From assembly GCA_963796965.1 (NCBI GenBank), contig CAWCNS010000011.1, positions 64,001 to 128,000 of the forward strand: a stretch of 64,000 nt of DNA, read 5' to 3'. Positions 33,814 through 44,901 of the stretch are shown in pieces (position 1 is the stretch's first letter; each line of letters begins with the position of its first letter). The stretch is from Calditrichia bacterium (GTDB lineage: Bacteria; Calditrichota; Calditrichia; JAJRVZ01). The position numbers were made by a program, and so were the translations under genes. Under the pieces are notes generated by a model. The model searched no databases and was not told the DNA's origin. It saw only the letters and a list, made by a program, of their open reading frames with translations.

Positions 33814-35000
33814 TAAGATTCTTCCTGTTTAGGTGCATATATAGGCATATCTGACTTTTGAAGATTGCCATAAACAACAACTTGTTTGGGATTTCGCGGC
33901 CCTAACTTAACCGGGATCCTAATTTGATCTCCTTCTCTGCTCACATATATACAGAATCCTGTCTCCTCTTCATAAATATATTCTGTTTGAATATAAAACA
34001 CATCCTCTAACTCCGCCACAAAGATCTCAGAACTAATAGTCATTCCTGGCTTTAATATCGGATCGTTATCATCAAGTAATATTTCCACATCAAAGACTTT
34101 AATTTGAGAATCATCATCTTCAGAATGACACATTTTTGAAATTGATGTAATAACACCATGGAATGCTCTTTGGGGGAAGGCATCTAAGCGTACCATAGCT
34201 GATTGTCCAATTAATATCTTTTTTACATCTCTTTCATTCACTGTTATTGCAGCTTTCATTTTACTCAGATCCGGGAGACCTATAATAGGCTCCCCGGGCC
34301 AAAATTCATCCCCAATACTGATTTTCCTTCGTGGCCTGCCCCTTCTGCGATATTCTATCATTCCATCGGCAGGCGCAAGTAATGTAAACCGACTAACCGT
34401 ATCATGAGCATTTAGGATTGCACGCTCCTGATTTTTTATCTTTTCTTCTAATATAAATTTTTCTTCTTTTTGTATTTGTTCACCATATAGAATTTTTGCT
34501 TTTAATTTATCAATTTCCAATTTACACATGTGATGCTCAATTTGTGATTGCTCTTTTTTTGCGATCGATTCAAATTGAACACTTAAGGTGTCAATTTCAG
34601 ACAACCTTAATGCAGCTTCTGCTGATTCCAATTCTGATTCCCATTGCCTGAGAGATGATTTATGTTCGATTAATAATTTCTGATAATCAGCCTGGGCAAT
34701 GGCCAGTTCGGATTCCGTTTGCACCAAGATGCGGATTACATTAGAGGTATCAACCTGGGCAACATACGCGCCTTTTTTAACGATCGTACCTTCGATTCCC
34801 ATATCAACAATTTTTGTTTTTCCATAATGCCAGCTAAAGTCAGGCATATTTATCATCTTGGAGTTCACAGCATGCAACTCACCGCTCTCCGTAAGCGTCG
34901 CTTTAAAATTTCCCCAATGAAGGCTTTTTATATTATCTTGGACTCTGGAACAACCACAAACGAAAAGGACAAATATAAAAGTAAAGGATACATTTTTCAT
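33813..35000 (-). CDS. Efflux membrane fusion protein (MacA/HlyD-like) 3
   Basis: Lipoyl half motifs (EGTIVKKG, APADG), coiled coil, LPDLSKM, LKPGMT. Confidence 0.88.
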   Translation of the reverse strand: MKNVSFTFIFVLFVCGCSRVQDNIKSLHWGNFKATLTESGELHAVNSKMINMPDFSWHYGKTKIVDMGIEGTIVKKGAYVAQVDTSNVIRILVQTESELAIAQADYQKLLIEHKSSLRQWESELESAEAALRLSEIDTLSVQFESIAKKEQSQIEHHMCKLEIDKLKAKILYGEQIQKEEKFILEEKIKNQERAILNAHDTVSRFTLLAPADGMIEYRRRGRPRRKISIGDEFWPGEPIIGLPDLSKMKAAITVNERDVKKILIGQSAMVRLDAFPQRAFHGVITSISKMCHSEDDDSQIKVFDVEILLDDNDPILKPGMTISSEIFVAELEDVFYIQTEYIYEEETGFCIYVSREGDQIRIPVKLGPRNPKQVVVYGNLQKSDMPIYAPKQEES

Positions 35001-36277
35001 GAATCGCCTTTCTTTTTATCATCCTCACGACTATAAGCATCTATAACTATCTGGGGATTAACCAGAGACACTTTATCATTTTCTTCTAATCCTTCGGAAA
35101 TTACCACGAAATTATCATTTTCGGGGCCTGTCTTTATTGGTTGTTTCTTGAACTCCGAACCATTCTTCAAAAACACATAAGGTCCACTTTCGTCCTTGAA
35201 TATTGCATCTAATGGAACAAATAACGTATCATCTATACTATCAACTAATACCTCACAACTTACCGTCATCCCTGGCATTAATCTTTTGTCGTTCTCTTCA
35301 AGTAATAATACAACATCAAATATTTTCACCTTAGAATCTCTGTCCTTATTTCTGGCCAGGGCTGCCACATTGATGACACGCGCCTTAAAACCGGTATCCG
35401 GATAGGCATCCATTGTAATTGTTGCCATTTGCGTTGTATCAATTTTTGAGATATCTACCTCATTTATCATAACTTTTGCCTGCATCAGGGTAAGATCAGG
35501 TAGTCGTAAAACTTGCTGGCCACGCCACATCTGATCATCGGCCTGAAATTTATTTCCGGTTTGCCAGTTTCTCCTTATGATGGCAATTCCCGGAGCCGGA
35601 GCTCTTACAGTGAGTCTTTCAATAGTTCCTTTTGCCTCTTCTAATTTGGTTTGAGCCTGCCGCACTTTTAATTTTAGTTTGCTGATTTCTTGCTTATTGA
35701 TATGAATTTGATTCTGTATCTTTTCCTTGGCCCGATTTAGATCTATCTCAGCATTCTTTAGTTGAAGTTCAATCTTTTTTTGTTCAATCTTTGATTTATG
35801 ATTGGCCAGTTCAAAATTCAATTGAGCAATACGGAGTTGTAATTGGGCTTTCTCAAAATCTGCTTCCATTTCTTTTACTTGCGATTTTTGAGTTGCAGAT
35901 GCCTTTCGTAATTCGGCCTGGGCAATTTCTAACTCCGATTGGGCATCTTCCATACTTTTCTGCACCTGTCCTTTATCAAATTCAATTAATATATCATTTG
36001 CCTCCACCTCAGTACCGTCGTCAACAATTTTAGTGATTTTTAGTGATCCCAGATTCCAGGGAATTTGAGGTGCTGATATGGTGAGTGCATTAACAGCCTC
36101 CAACTCCCCAGTTTCTGTGACTGTAAACAGAAAATCTCCCCTATGGACCTGGGATGTTTCAATGCGGTTATCATTTTCGCCTCCACAGCCTATCAATAAT
36201 TGAATAAAAATGATAATCACTGAATATAACTGCGTGTTTATTACTATAGATAAATATTTTTCTTTATGAGTTAACAT
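34997..36277 (-). CDS. Efflux membrane fusion protein (MacA/HlyD-like) 2
   Basis: GELEA, APAPG, LPDLTLM, NEVDI, LMPGMT, GL..NDKV. Confidence 0.9.
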   Translation of the reverse strand: MLTHKEKYLSIVINTQLYSVIIIFIQLLIGCGGENDNRIETSQVHRGDFLFTVTETGELEAVNALTISAPQIPWNLGSLKITKIVDDGTEVEANDILIEFDKGQVQKSMEDAQSELEIAQAELRKASATQKSQVKEMEADFEKAQLQLRIAQLNFELANHKSKIEQKKIELQLKNAEIDLNRAKEKIQNQIHINKQEISKLKLKVRQAQTKLEEAKGTIERLTVRAPAPGIAIIRRNWQTGNKFQADDQMWRGQQVLRLPDLTLMQAKVMINEVDISKIDTTQMATITMDAYPDTGFKARVINVAALARNKDRDSKVKIFDVVLLLEENDKRLMPGMTVSCEVLVDSIDDTLFVPLDAIFKDESGPYVFLKNGSEFKKQPIKTGPENDNFVVISEGLEENDKVSLVNPQIVIDAYSREDDKKKGDS

Positions 36278-36304
36278 TATAAGAAACCATTCATAGATTT
36301 TTGG

Positions 36305-37661
36305 TTATGGAATTGATACAACTATTTCCTTCTTAAGTGAATCAATACTTTTTTTCCTCTTAATTTCTGTATCTGATGAATCAATCTTCAATTCTTCTTC
36401 TACAGAGATCGACAGGTGTTCAGGCCAATCGATATCATCTTCATTTGGTTCTTGAAAAGCGATATCTTCCCCACTTTTAAGCCCACTTCGGATAAGAACA
36501 TATTCTTCACTTTGCCGATCTATCTTAATTGCACGCGGTTCAAAATTTCCTCCATTTTGAATATATATTATTTTAAGACTATCTTTATTAAATACACATT
36601 CGTGAGGAACGGCAAAGAATTCTTCCTTTTTGCTAATAAATATCTTCCCTCTTGCTGAGATTCCCGGCACTATGGTTGTCCCACATGAATCTAGTTCCAC
36701 CAGCACTTCTACTTTTTTGACTTTCGACCTTCGTTTGATTGGTTTAGCTATACGATTTACTTTACTCACCTTTCCACTCAAAATAAGTCCACCAAATGAG
36801 AAAGAGGAAATTTCTGCTCTTTGTCCCTCTTTACATCTCTGGGCTGCTGTTTCACCCAATTTAAGTTTGAGTTGCATTATCCGTAAATCGGGGATTTCCA
36901 CAATGGGTCGTTGGGGATGCAATTGATCGCCTTCTTTAATTTTATTACCATACCAATCCTCAGCATATATCACAATGCCATCCACAGGGGCTAAAATTTT
37001 TAATTTTTTGAGATGTTGCTTCTGCCTGGTCTCGTTTCCTTTTTTCTTGTTTTATTTTTAACTGCAATCGGAGTCGCTCTTCCTTTTGGATTGCTTCTAA
37101 GGAACCTAACTTATTTTCCAATTTGCGTAAATCAATCTCATTTTTTTCGATTTCTAACTTCTCGATTTCTTGTTTTCGTGCTGGTTCAAAGGAAAGATTC
37201 TCCAGACGTAGTCGTGAAACAGCAACAGAGGCTTCCAGACTCTTTACCTGCGATTCTAAGAGAAGACGTTCTAACTCTAATTCAGTCTTGCGCTTTTCCG
37301 CTTCTGCTTTGGCAATTTCCAGTTCATTGTTCGCAGTGAGATAAATATTTTCAATTGCCTCACTCTCAAGTTGTACAACCAAATCCCCTTTTTTAACTGT
37401 TTTACCCTCTTGTACAATATGCGCTATTTTAAGGCTTTGATGATTTAAATTTGGTGTAACAATAGTATAGGATTTTTTTGCTTCTATTACACCATTTTCA
37501 TCAATCGTTATGGCATGTTGCGACTTTATCACTTTATAGGTGATGGTTAAGGATTGTTCGCCTGTACCGCATGATAATAATACCAGTAATAGAAAAGTAA
37601 AATAGACAATATTTACAAGTTTTGCATTATTTCTATAAGCAAAATAGCGGGTCTGAAACAT
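36305..37661 (-). CDS. Efflux membrane fusion protein (MacA/HlyD-like) 1 (frameshift near 37010)
   Basis: EGKTVKKGD, coiled coil, PVDG, IPDL..M across ORFs 36960-37775 and 36305-36985. Confidence 0.85.
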
Positions 37662-37908
37662 ATGAAGTATCAAAGTTTTACTACCCTTAGCACTGCTTTT
37701 ATATATATAAATGGTAATAATATTGACAACAGGTAATCTATAATTAATATATCTATATTTATACCGTATAATCAAAATATATTTAAATTAGTTAACTTAA
37801 TTTATTCCTGTTTGTATGGTACAATTTTCCTATATTTATTTAGAACTCTCTTAGACGTAAATAGTTTGATATTTACAGAACGCTAAAATTTTTGGTGATG
37901 AGGATTTA

Positions 37909-39402
37909 TATGAATCTAAATAAACCAGCCATATTTTTATTTATATTATTTATTACATCCATATTTGGCCAGGAGATTTACCATCTCGATTTACCAAAAT
38001 GTCTTGAAATTGCAGCAGATAAAAACTATCAAATGCGAAGGCTGAGAGAGAACCTGGTCGAATCTGAACATCTTCTTGAATCGGCCACGAATCGATTTAA
38101 GACCCAGGTCAATCTTTACATTACTGCACCACGCTATACAGAAACTAGAAATCGTTTTGAAGATAGCCTCGGTGTCTATTATTATCCCATCAGGCAGTTT
38201 GATTATAGAACCGCTCTTGAAATAAGCCAACCCCTACCCACGGATGGCCGCTTATTTCTAAGTTCAGAAATATATGCATTGGAGGACTATGAAATTGATC
38301 GTAACCTGGTGAGATTTTCAACAAGAATTGGATTCTCCCAACCGCTTCAGTCATTTTACTCATATAACGAGCTCCAATCTGACTTGAGAACGGCAGAATT
38401 AAGTTATGAAATATCACAGAAACAGTTAGCACGGGCTGAGCTTGATATAAATTATGAGGTCAGCCAGACCTTTTATGGATTGATTGCCGCCCTTGAACGT
38501 GAAAAGATTTCCAGACAAACCTTAGAAGCGCAAATTGATGCAACCGAATTGGCGCAAAATAAATATAAGGCGGGTGTTATTGCAGAAGTCGAAGCGCTAC
38601 AAATGGAGGTGGATCTTGCTCAGGAATTGAATAATTACGATATTGCCAGGGTTGATCGGATTTCCCAGGAGAATTTCCTAAAACAATTGTTAGAAATTTC
38701 ATTGAAAGATTCTATTTCTGTGACAAGCGATCTGGGTTATGATATCGTTGAGGTAGACCTTGAGCAAGCTTATTGAATCTGGGCTAAAGCATCGCCTGGA
38801 GATCAGAGAGATGGAAATTGAAAGTGAGTTAGCAGAAATAAGTATAAGGCGAATACGTGTACAGGGGCAAATAACGGGCAGTATATTTGCCTTTTATGAT
38901 TTTATTGGGGTAAGCAGTGATGAACGTTTTCGTGGCATGCCCTACAGTTTTAATAATGCCTGGAATGAGTTAAAACAACGCCCCGGGAATAAGGGCATTT
39001 CCCTCAATATCACAATTCCCATTTGGAACTGGGGGGTCATATCCTCACGGGTTGAGGCAGCCAGGGCAAATTATCGTAAAACAAAATATTCTATCGATAA
39101 TGAAAAAGTTCAGGTAGAAAGAGAGATCCGTGATCTGGTAGCGCGGAATAAAAGTAGTTTGAAAAGATTGCAGATTCTGGAAAAAAATATTGAATTAGCA
39201 AAAAAGAGTTTTGAAATCAGCAAAGACCGGTATGCCCGGGGTGAAATTGACAGCCAGGCCCTCGCCTTAGATAGAAACAGAACCAGTAACGCCTATCTTA
39301 CCCACCTGCAGGCATATATTAGACTATAAATTATTATTAATTGACCTGATCCGAACAACTTTTTACGATTTTGAAAACAAAAAATCGCTTGTTGATGAAT
39401 AA
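37909..39402 (+). CDS. TolC-family outer-membrane efflux protein (frameshifts near 38770 and 39320)
   Basis: SQPL repeats, KYKAGVIAEVEALQ.EV, IPIWNWG, RYARGEI. Confidence 0.9.
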
Positions 39403-39407
39403 ACCTG

Positions 39408-39776
39408 TTAACTAATACTGACACTCAGAACTTCATCCACTTTATTCTTTATTGCTGCCGCACAAAAAGGTTTCTCAAAAAAGCGATCTTTCAGTATTAA
39501 TTTCGCTCTCCTGGCAAGATCTGATGTCGGGAAAGCTGTCATCCCGATAAAGGGTACATCTTTTTTATCATCATAGGTATTTCGCATTAACTGAACACCA
39601 TCACCATTATTAAGATATAAATCAGAAATCACAATATCGTAATCGAATGCGCGGATTGCACTCATCGCTTCATTAAAATCGGAAGCGAATCCCACATCAT
39701 AACCCAGATCTTCAAACTCAAATCGTAAGGCCTGACGAATTGATCTCTCATCCTCCACGATTAATATTTTACGCAT
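39408..39776 (-). CDS. Stand-alone response regulator receiver protein
   Basis: ILIVEDE, ISDL, DG, MTA, EKPF; GGAG RBS. Confidence 0.92.
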   Translation of the reverse strand: MRKILIVEDERSIRQALRFEFEDLGYDVGFASDFNEAMSAIRAFDYDIVISDLYLNNGDGVQLMRNTYDDKKDVPFIGMTAFPTSDLARRAKLILKDRFFEKPFCAAAIKNKVDEVLSVSIS

Positions 39777-39808
39777 ACTTATCTCCTATAGATTATCTCT
39801 ATTATAAT

Positions 39809-39824
39809 TACAATTTTCATGCCA
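39809..39824 (-). promoter_or_regulatory. Sigma54 (-24/-12) promoter of the lone receiver gene
   Basis: TGGCATGAAAATTGTA (GG-N10-GT variant), about 110 bp downstream of the tandem enhancer. Confidence 0.7.
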
Positions 39825-39931
39825 ATATTCAGCAAATAAGCCCTCCACGCAACAACCAATCCTAATCACAATATTAACAACATCTTACAATGTATTTCCA
39901 TTTTTCTATACTTTTTACCTGTAATATAATA

Positions 39932-39970
39932 TGTGAACAAAACTTCACATTATGTGAACAAAACTTCACA
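39932..39970. promoter_or_regulatory. Tandem palindromic enhancer (UAS) pair, TGTGAACAAAACTTCACA x2
   Basis: Two identical 18-bp imperfect palindromes 21 bp apart, overlapping the stop codon of the sigma54 activator. Confidence 0.8.
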
Positions 39971-41378
39971 TTTTGCCTATTCCCATCTGTTTTAATTTTT
40001 TGCTTAACCATTCGCGTGAGATACCGGCTTCTGCCGCTGCTGAATTCAGTTTCCAGTCATTAAAATCCATCAATCGTCTATAGTAAATTTTTTCAAATCT
40101 CTGAAGGGCTTTTTTAAAAGGTAATTTTTTATCAGAACCTTGGCCTGGATAAAGCCTATCTTCTTCCTTTACAGAGCCAACACTATTAAACAGTTTTTTA
40201 TTGATGGACAGATCTTTTGCATCGATTTTATTATTCTCACAAAGGACAAAGGCATCTTCAATAATATTTCGTAACTCCCTGACATTGCCATAAAACTGAT
40301 ACTTTTTTATCAGATCCATTGCCTGGTGGGAGATAGTAATATTTCGTTTTCTCTCCCGATTAAATTTTTCCATATAAAATTTTGCCAGCATTGGAATATC
40401 CGCTTTGCGTTCTCTCAAAGGGGCCACTTCAATATTGATGACACTTAGTCTAAAATACAGATCTTCACGAAAGCCCCCTTCGCGGACGAGTTGCTGGAGA
40501 TTTCTGTTGGTTGCAGCAAGGATCATTATATCCACATCAACAGGTACTTTCCCTCCAATACGGTAGAAACTTTTTTCTTCCAGAACCCGCAACAACCTTA
40601 CCTGGAGCGGGAGAGGGAGTTCAGCAATTTCATCAAGAAAGATAATTCCATTCCTGGCTATTTCAAATTTTCCCTGCCGTGCAGAGTAGGCACCGGTAAA
40701 GGATCCCTTTTCATGGCCAAAAAACTCACTTTCAATTAGATTATCTGGAATCGCAGCACAATTAATCGGGACAAACGGACCATTTTTACGTGGGCTCATG
40801 AGATGGATATTTCGGGCAACCAGATCCTTTCCGGTACCACTCTCGCCATGTATTAAACAGGTTGATTTGCCATCTGCTGCAATCTTTTTAATCTTTTTCT
40901 TTAAATCCTTTATTACAGTAGATTCCCCGATAATCTTATAGTCTGAGAATTGCTGTTGAATCGTCTCCTTAAGAATGCGATTCTCTATTTCGAGTTGTTC
41001 TATCTTCTGTTTATTTTTTAAAAGGGTGTCGATCCGGAATGACAATTCATCCAGATTAAATCCCTTTGCAATAAAATCATCTGCCCCGGCTTTCATCGTA
41101 TTAATGGCATTTTCAACCGTATCAAATGCCGTCATGACTAAGATGGATGGCTGATACCATTGTGAGCGGGCCTTCGTTATGATTTCAAGACCATCGCTGG
41201 TTTCAGGAACCATTAAATCAGATAGTACCAGATCAAATTCATTTTTTTCTATATGTTTCAAAGCTTTTGGCTTGTCTGAAGCTGTGACAACACTATAATC
41301 CTCTTGATCTTGAAGATGAAGTTCAATTCCCCTTAACATTGTCTGGTCATCATCAACCACTAAAATCTGATACATCAT
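39966..41378 (-). CDS. Sigma54-dependent NtrC/AtoC-family response regulator (REC-AAA+-Fis HTH)
   Basis: GESGTGKD, GSFTGA, FLDEI, AATN, FREDLYFRL, GNVRELRN; C-terminal HTH AAAEAGISR. Confidence 0.95.
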   Translation of the reverse strand: MMYQILVVDDDQTMLRGIELHLQDQEDYSVVTASDKPKALKHIEKNEFDLVLSDLMVPETSDGLEIITKARSQWYQPSILVMTAFDTVENAINTMKAGADDFIAKGFNLDELSFRIDTLLKNKQKIEQLEIENRILKETIQQQFSDYKIIGESTVIKDLKKKIKKIAADGKSTCLIHGESGTGKDLVARNIHLMSPRKNGPFVPINCAAIPDNLIESEFFGHEKGSFTGAYSARQGKFEIARNGIIFLDEIAELPLPLQVRLLRVLEEKSFYRIGGKVPVDVDIMILAATNRNLQQLVREGGFREDLYFRLSVINIEVAPLRERKADIPMLAKFYMEKFNRERKRNITISHQAMDLIKKYQFYGNVRELRNIIEDAFVLCENNKIDAKDLSINKKLFNSVGSVKEEDRLYPGQGSDKKLPFKKALQRFEKIYYRRLMDFNDWKLNSAAAEAGISREWLSKKLKQMGIGKM

Positions 41379-41568
41379 ATAACCTTTTTTAATAATTATA
41401 GCTTATTAAATATTCATGTTTTCTCTGTAAAACCATTAAGAACAATATTTGCATAGAGCATAGCGCAAAGCGCTAATTCAAGTGCCCTGCGCTATGCTCA
41501 AGGCACTTTGCGATTAGCCTAAGTGAACTACAGCACTATTCATATATTTCGTGCAGATAATAAAAATA

Positions 41569-42988
41569 TCAGTGCAGATCTGGTAGGGTAATGATAAACT
41601 GTGAACCTACGCCTTTCTCACTTTTAACATCTATGCGTCCCTGATGCAAGATGACTGCCTTTTTGACCATTGCCAAACCCAGGCCATGGCCCTGTTCTTT
41701 ATTGGAGAAAAAGGGTCTAAATATTTTATTGATGCGATCATCGGCTATTCCTACGCCTGTATCCGCAATTTTAATGACCGTCTCATATCCAGCTCTTTTT
41801 GTTTCAATGTTTATATCACCATCCTCCAGAATGGCTTCAGTGGCATTATTTAATAGATTTCGAATAGCCATGCTTAACAACTGATAATCGCCCTGTATTT
41901 CAGGAATAACCGGATCATAATTGCGCTTTATAGGGATAGATTTATCCACAATCGCCTTAACCTCCTCCTCAATTAACTCATTTAATTGTAGGGGTTTTTT
42001 TGAGATTTTTGTCCATCTTGCGATATCAAGGGTTTTGCCAATAAAATCTTCCAACTTCTGTGTAGCCAACAGAATTTCTGTTGAATACTTTTTTAGAGGA
42101 TCCTTCTCATCAATACGGCGATGCATCCCATCAGCTAAAAGGTGAATCCCACTGAGGGGATTCTTTAAATCATGAATGATATAGGCTGCAAATTCACCAA
42201 TCATAATCAGACTTTCATTGGAGATCTTCTCCTCAATCATATTTTTAAGATCGAGGGAGAGCTTATTCAGAGAATGCACCAGATGGCCGATCTCATCCTC
42301 CCTTTCTAATTCTAGAGTCGCCTCAAGATCTCCACGTCCATAAGATTCTGCTAATCCGGCAGCCTGCCGGATTGGCCGGGAAATGGATCTGGCCAAAGTA
42401 TAGGAAAGGAAAAGACTGATAAAAATTGCTATCAATCCGATTACTAATATTGTATTGAATAAACCCGCATAAGTATCCTCGACACTATAAGATATACGGG
42501 CAATACCAATTTTTTCATTTAGAATTGATATCGGTACAGCAGTTTCCCAAATCTCTGCCCCGCTGGGGAGAAGTCGTTTCTCGAATAGAACCCTCTCCGA
42601 AATAAGGGCTTTTACTGTTAAGAATCATGATAAATCTCACCACGCTTTTCCGGTATATCAGTCGGCAATAACTTGACCATTTATGTCCAGAATGGCAATC
42701 GAATCAACATCCGGGTTTTCAATCATACTGTCAATTAAGAGTTGGAGAGTACTATAATCATCCACAGAGTATAGCATTTAAACTAGTATAAGCCAGAGTT
42801 TTGGCAAGACTGAAAGCCTTTCCTCGTGCCTGGCGGGCCAACATTTGTTTCTGGAAATAAAAAACTGCTGCAGAGACAAAAACAGAATTAAAATCACCAG
42901 GGTGGTAAAATATATAAAGATCTTTGGCTGTAGATTTCACCCGCCGCATAAAGGGGATGAGTTCTCTTATATTTGTTTTAACTTTCAT
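41569..42988 (-). CDS. Membrane sensor histidine kinase (periplasmic domain, HAMP, HisKA, HATPase); 5' part frameshifted
   Basis: DEIG.L, HDLKNPL, NLLNNA, DTGVGI, IFRPFFS, GHGLGL. N-terminal TM fragment at 42758-42988. Confidence 0.9.
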
Positions 42989-42989
42989 G

Positions 42990-44525
42990 TTAATTGATCA
43001 ATTTTAGTTGATGATAATATATAAATTCATAGGGACTTACAGTTATTGATTTTATTTTTTGTGTAGTTATAGGCAAAATGTGATTTTACATGCGCCCGGA
43101 AATACCGCAGGTGTATCATCTAATACTATACGGACAACCTGGCGGTAAAGTTCATGTCGTTTTCTGATCATCTGCTTCCCGAAAGGCTTTATCAATCAAT
43201 GCATCCACATGAATCATTGCTATAATTCATCCTGTTGTATTTGGATCTGGAATGAAAAACTGCATATAAAAAATTCCCTGGATCCCCAATCAATTCGCTG
43301 CCATAGCCATCTAAAAAAAGATGACACGAACTCTCTGATATAGATTTATGGTAGGAGTCGGCATCATTAAAATATTTTGGTATTAACTTTATACCAATTT
43401 TTTCTAATTGATTTTTTAAAAGTTCTATTATTGTTTTCCTGACTCACTGTATACATAGGTATATGTAAATTCAGATTCCAAAGGAGTTATCAGACCGGAC
43501 TTCTTCATCAGCAGAGAAGCTTATAACAAATCATAACCATCCTGTCTCAAATCAGAAAATCCTTCATAAATTGGTGGTAATGGCCCACCGCCGGTTCAGC
43601 ATTACCTCTGTTCGTAATTAAAACTGATTTTTTCAGATCAATTGCACTTAATATAGCTTTCCGCAATGCCAATATTTTTCATTGGTTTATTTTTAAGATT
43701 AAAACCGAGATGAAGCGTACTAAGTGGTTTCTGGACAATAGTATTTAACACGACCCAACCATTTAATCGATCCAAGCCAGTATCCGGATACCATATACAA
43801 TATATCTAGTTTACCATCTTTAAACATTATTTCTGAATTTAAAGATTTATTTGGGTGTACAAATTTAATCTTTATTAGATCAATCGTTTCCCTATATCCC
43901 TCAAAAGCCTTTAATGTGCACAAAATCATTCTCTGACTTACTTTCAAAACGATAGGGACCTGTTCCGACCGGATGCCATTTTATTTCATCCCCATATTTT
44001 TCTAATGCATCTTTTGACATAACAACCAAACCATTGGGAGATGCCAAGGAATATAAAAATGGTGTATAGGGATATTTTAAATCGATTCGAACTTTTAAAC
44101 TGTCAATAATAATAATTTTATCAATAATTTGTAAAAGTGGATAATCAGGTCTTAATCTTATCTGTCGATTCAAATGAATATTTTACATCCTCTGAGGTTA
44201 AAAGTGACCCATCATGGAATCTTATATTAGATTTCAAATGAAATGTATAATGACAATTGATCGGCTGAAACTTTCCAGGATTCTGCCAAACATGGTTTTA
44301 ACGTTTGATAATCATTATCAAGTTTTAGAAAGTGGTTCATAGATCTGTGAAAATATTTGATACTCAAACAATTCTGTATTTAATGCTGGATCTAAACCTG
44401 GGGGGTAAAAATAAATTCCCTGATTGAGTCTCACACCCAGAATCGCACATCCAAAATAATAGATACTTAAAAATATAATTGAGAAGAATATTAAAAGTAT
44501 ATAATCCTCGTGTAACCAACTGCAT
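42990..44525 (-). CDS. Family-5 (Opp/Dpp-type) extracellular solute-binding protein, heavily frameshifted
   Basis: Fragments GLDP, IYEPL, PCLAESWKVS.D...YTF.L....FHDG..LT.EDVKYSF, HPVGTGPY.F, LGFN. No permease or ATPase genes adjacent. Confidence 0.82.
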
Positions 44526-44590
44526 TATAACCTATTTTAGATATCAACTGATATTATATGAAACATGTGTAAAAACTTAAGCAAATAATT

Positions 44591-44658
44591 ACATTTCCCC
44601 AATGCGATACAAATTTACCTATATAATAATTATAAAAAAATATGCATTGGGGAAATGT
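44591..44658. terminator. 15-bp inverted repeat directly after the peptide ORF (terminator, stabiliser or processing site)
   Basis: ACATTTCCCCAATGC, a 38-nt AT-rich loop, then GCATTGGGGAAATGT; starts 10 nt after the stop codon. Confidence 0.55.
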
Positions 44659-44667
44659 TTTGACAAC

Positions 44668-44787
44668 TTATTCGATTCCTTTTTCCATTACGGTTTTACT
44701 TAATGTCATATAACTGGTTACCAGACTGAGCATTACAAAGGCCATTGGTTTCATTTTGTTTAATACTTTACGGACTTTCTTCAACAT
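44668..44787 (-). CDS. Unannotated 39-aa peptide MLKKVRKVLNKMKPMAFVMLSLVTSYMTLSKTVMEKGIE, putative radical SAM-modified precursor
   Basis: GGAGG RBS 6 nt before the ATG; co-oriented 114 nt downstream of the radical SAM gene; basic N-terminus, hydrophobic core and polar tail. Confidence 0.75.
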   Translation of the reverse strand: MLKKVRKVLNKMKPMAFVMLSLVTSYMTLSKTVMEKGIE

Positions 44788-44901
44788 GATAAACCTCCTA
44801 AGATTGTTAGAATTAAATGGGTATACATATACCCTATTGTTTAGTGGATAAAATGATTAACTATATGATGATGATGTTTCGGATTATTCTGACTTGTTAA
44901 T

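Noticed and set aside
37817..37832. Sigma54 promoter for tolC (TGGTACAATTTTCCT)
   Set aside because: It lacks the G at the -12 element and has no TGTGAA-N6-TTCACA box nearby.
44668..44787. Assignment of the peptide to a known class (AgrD, ranthipeptide, sactipeptide, proteusin)
   Set aside because: It has no Cys, there is no AgrB gene or SPASM-type enzyme, and no Nif11/NHLP or double-glycine leader is visible. The class is left unassigned.
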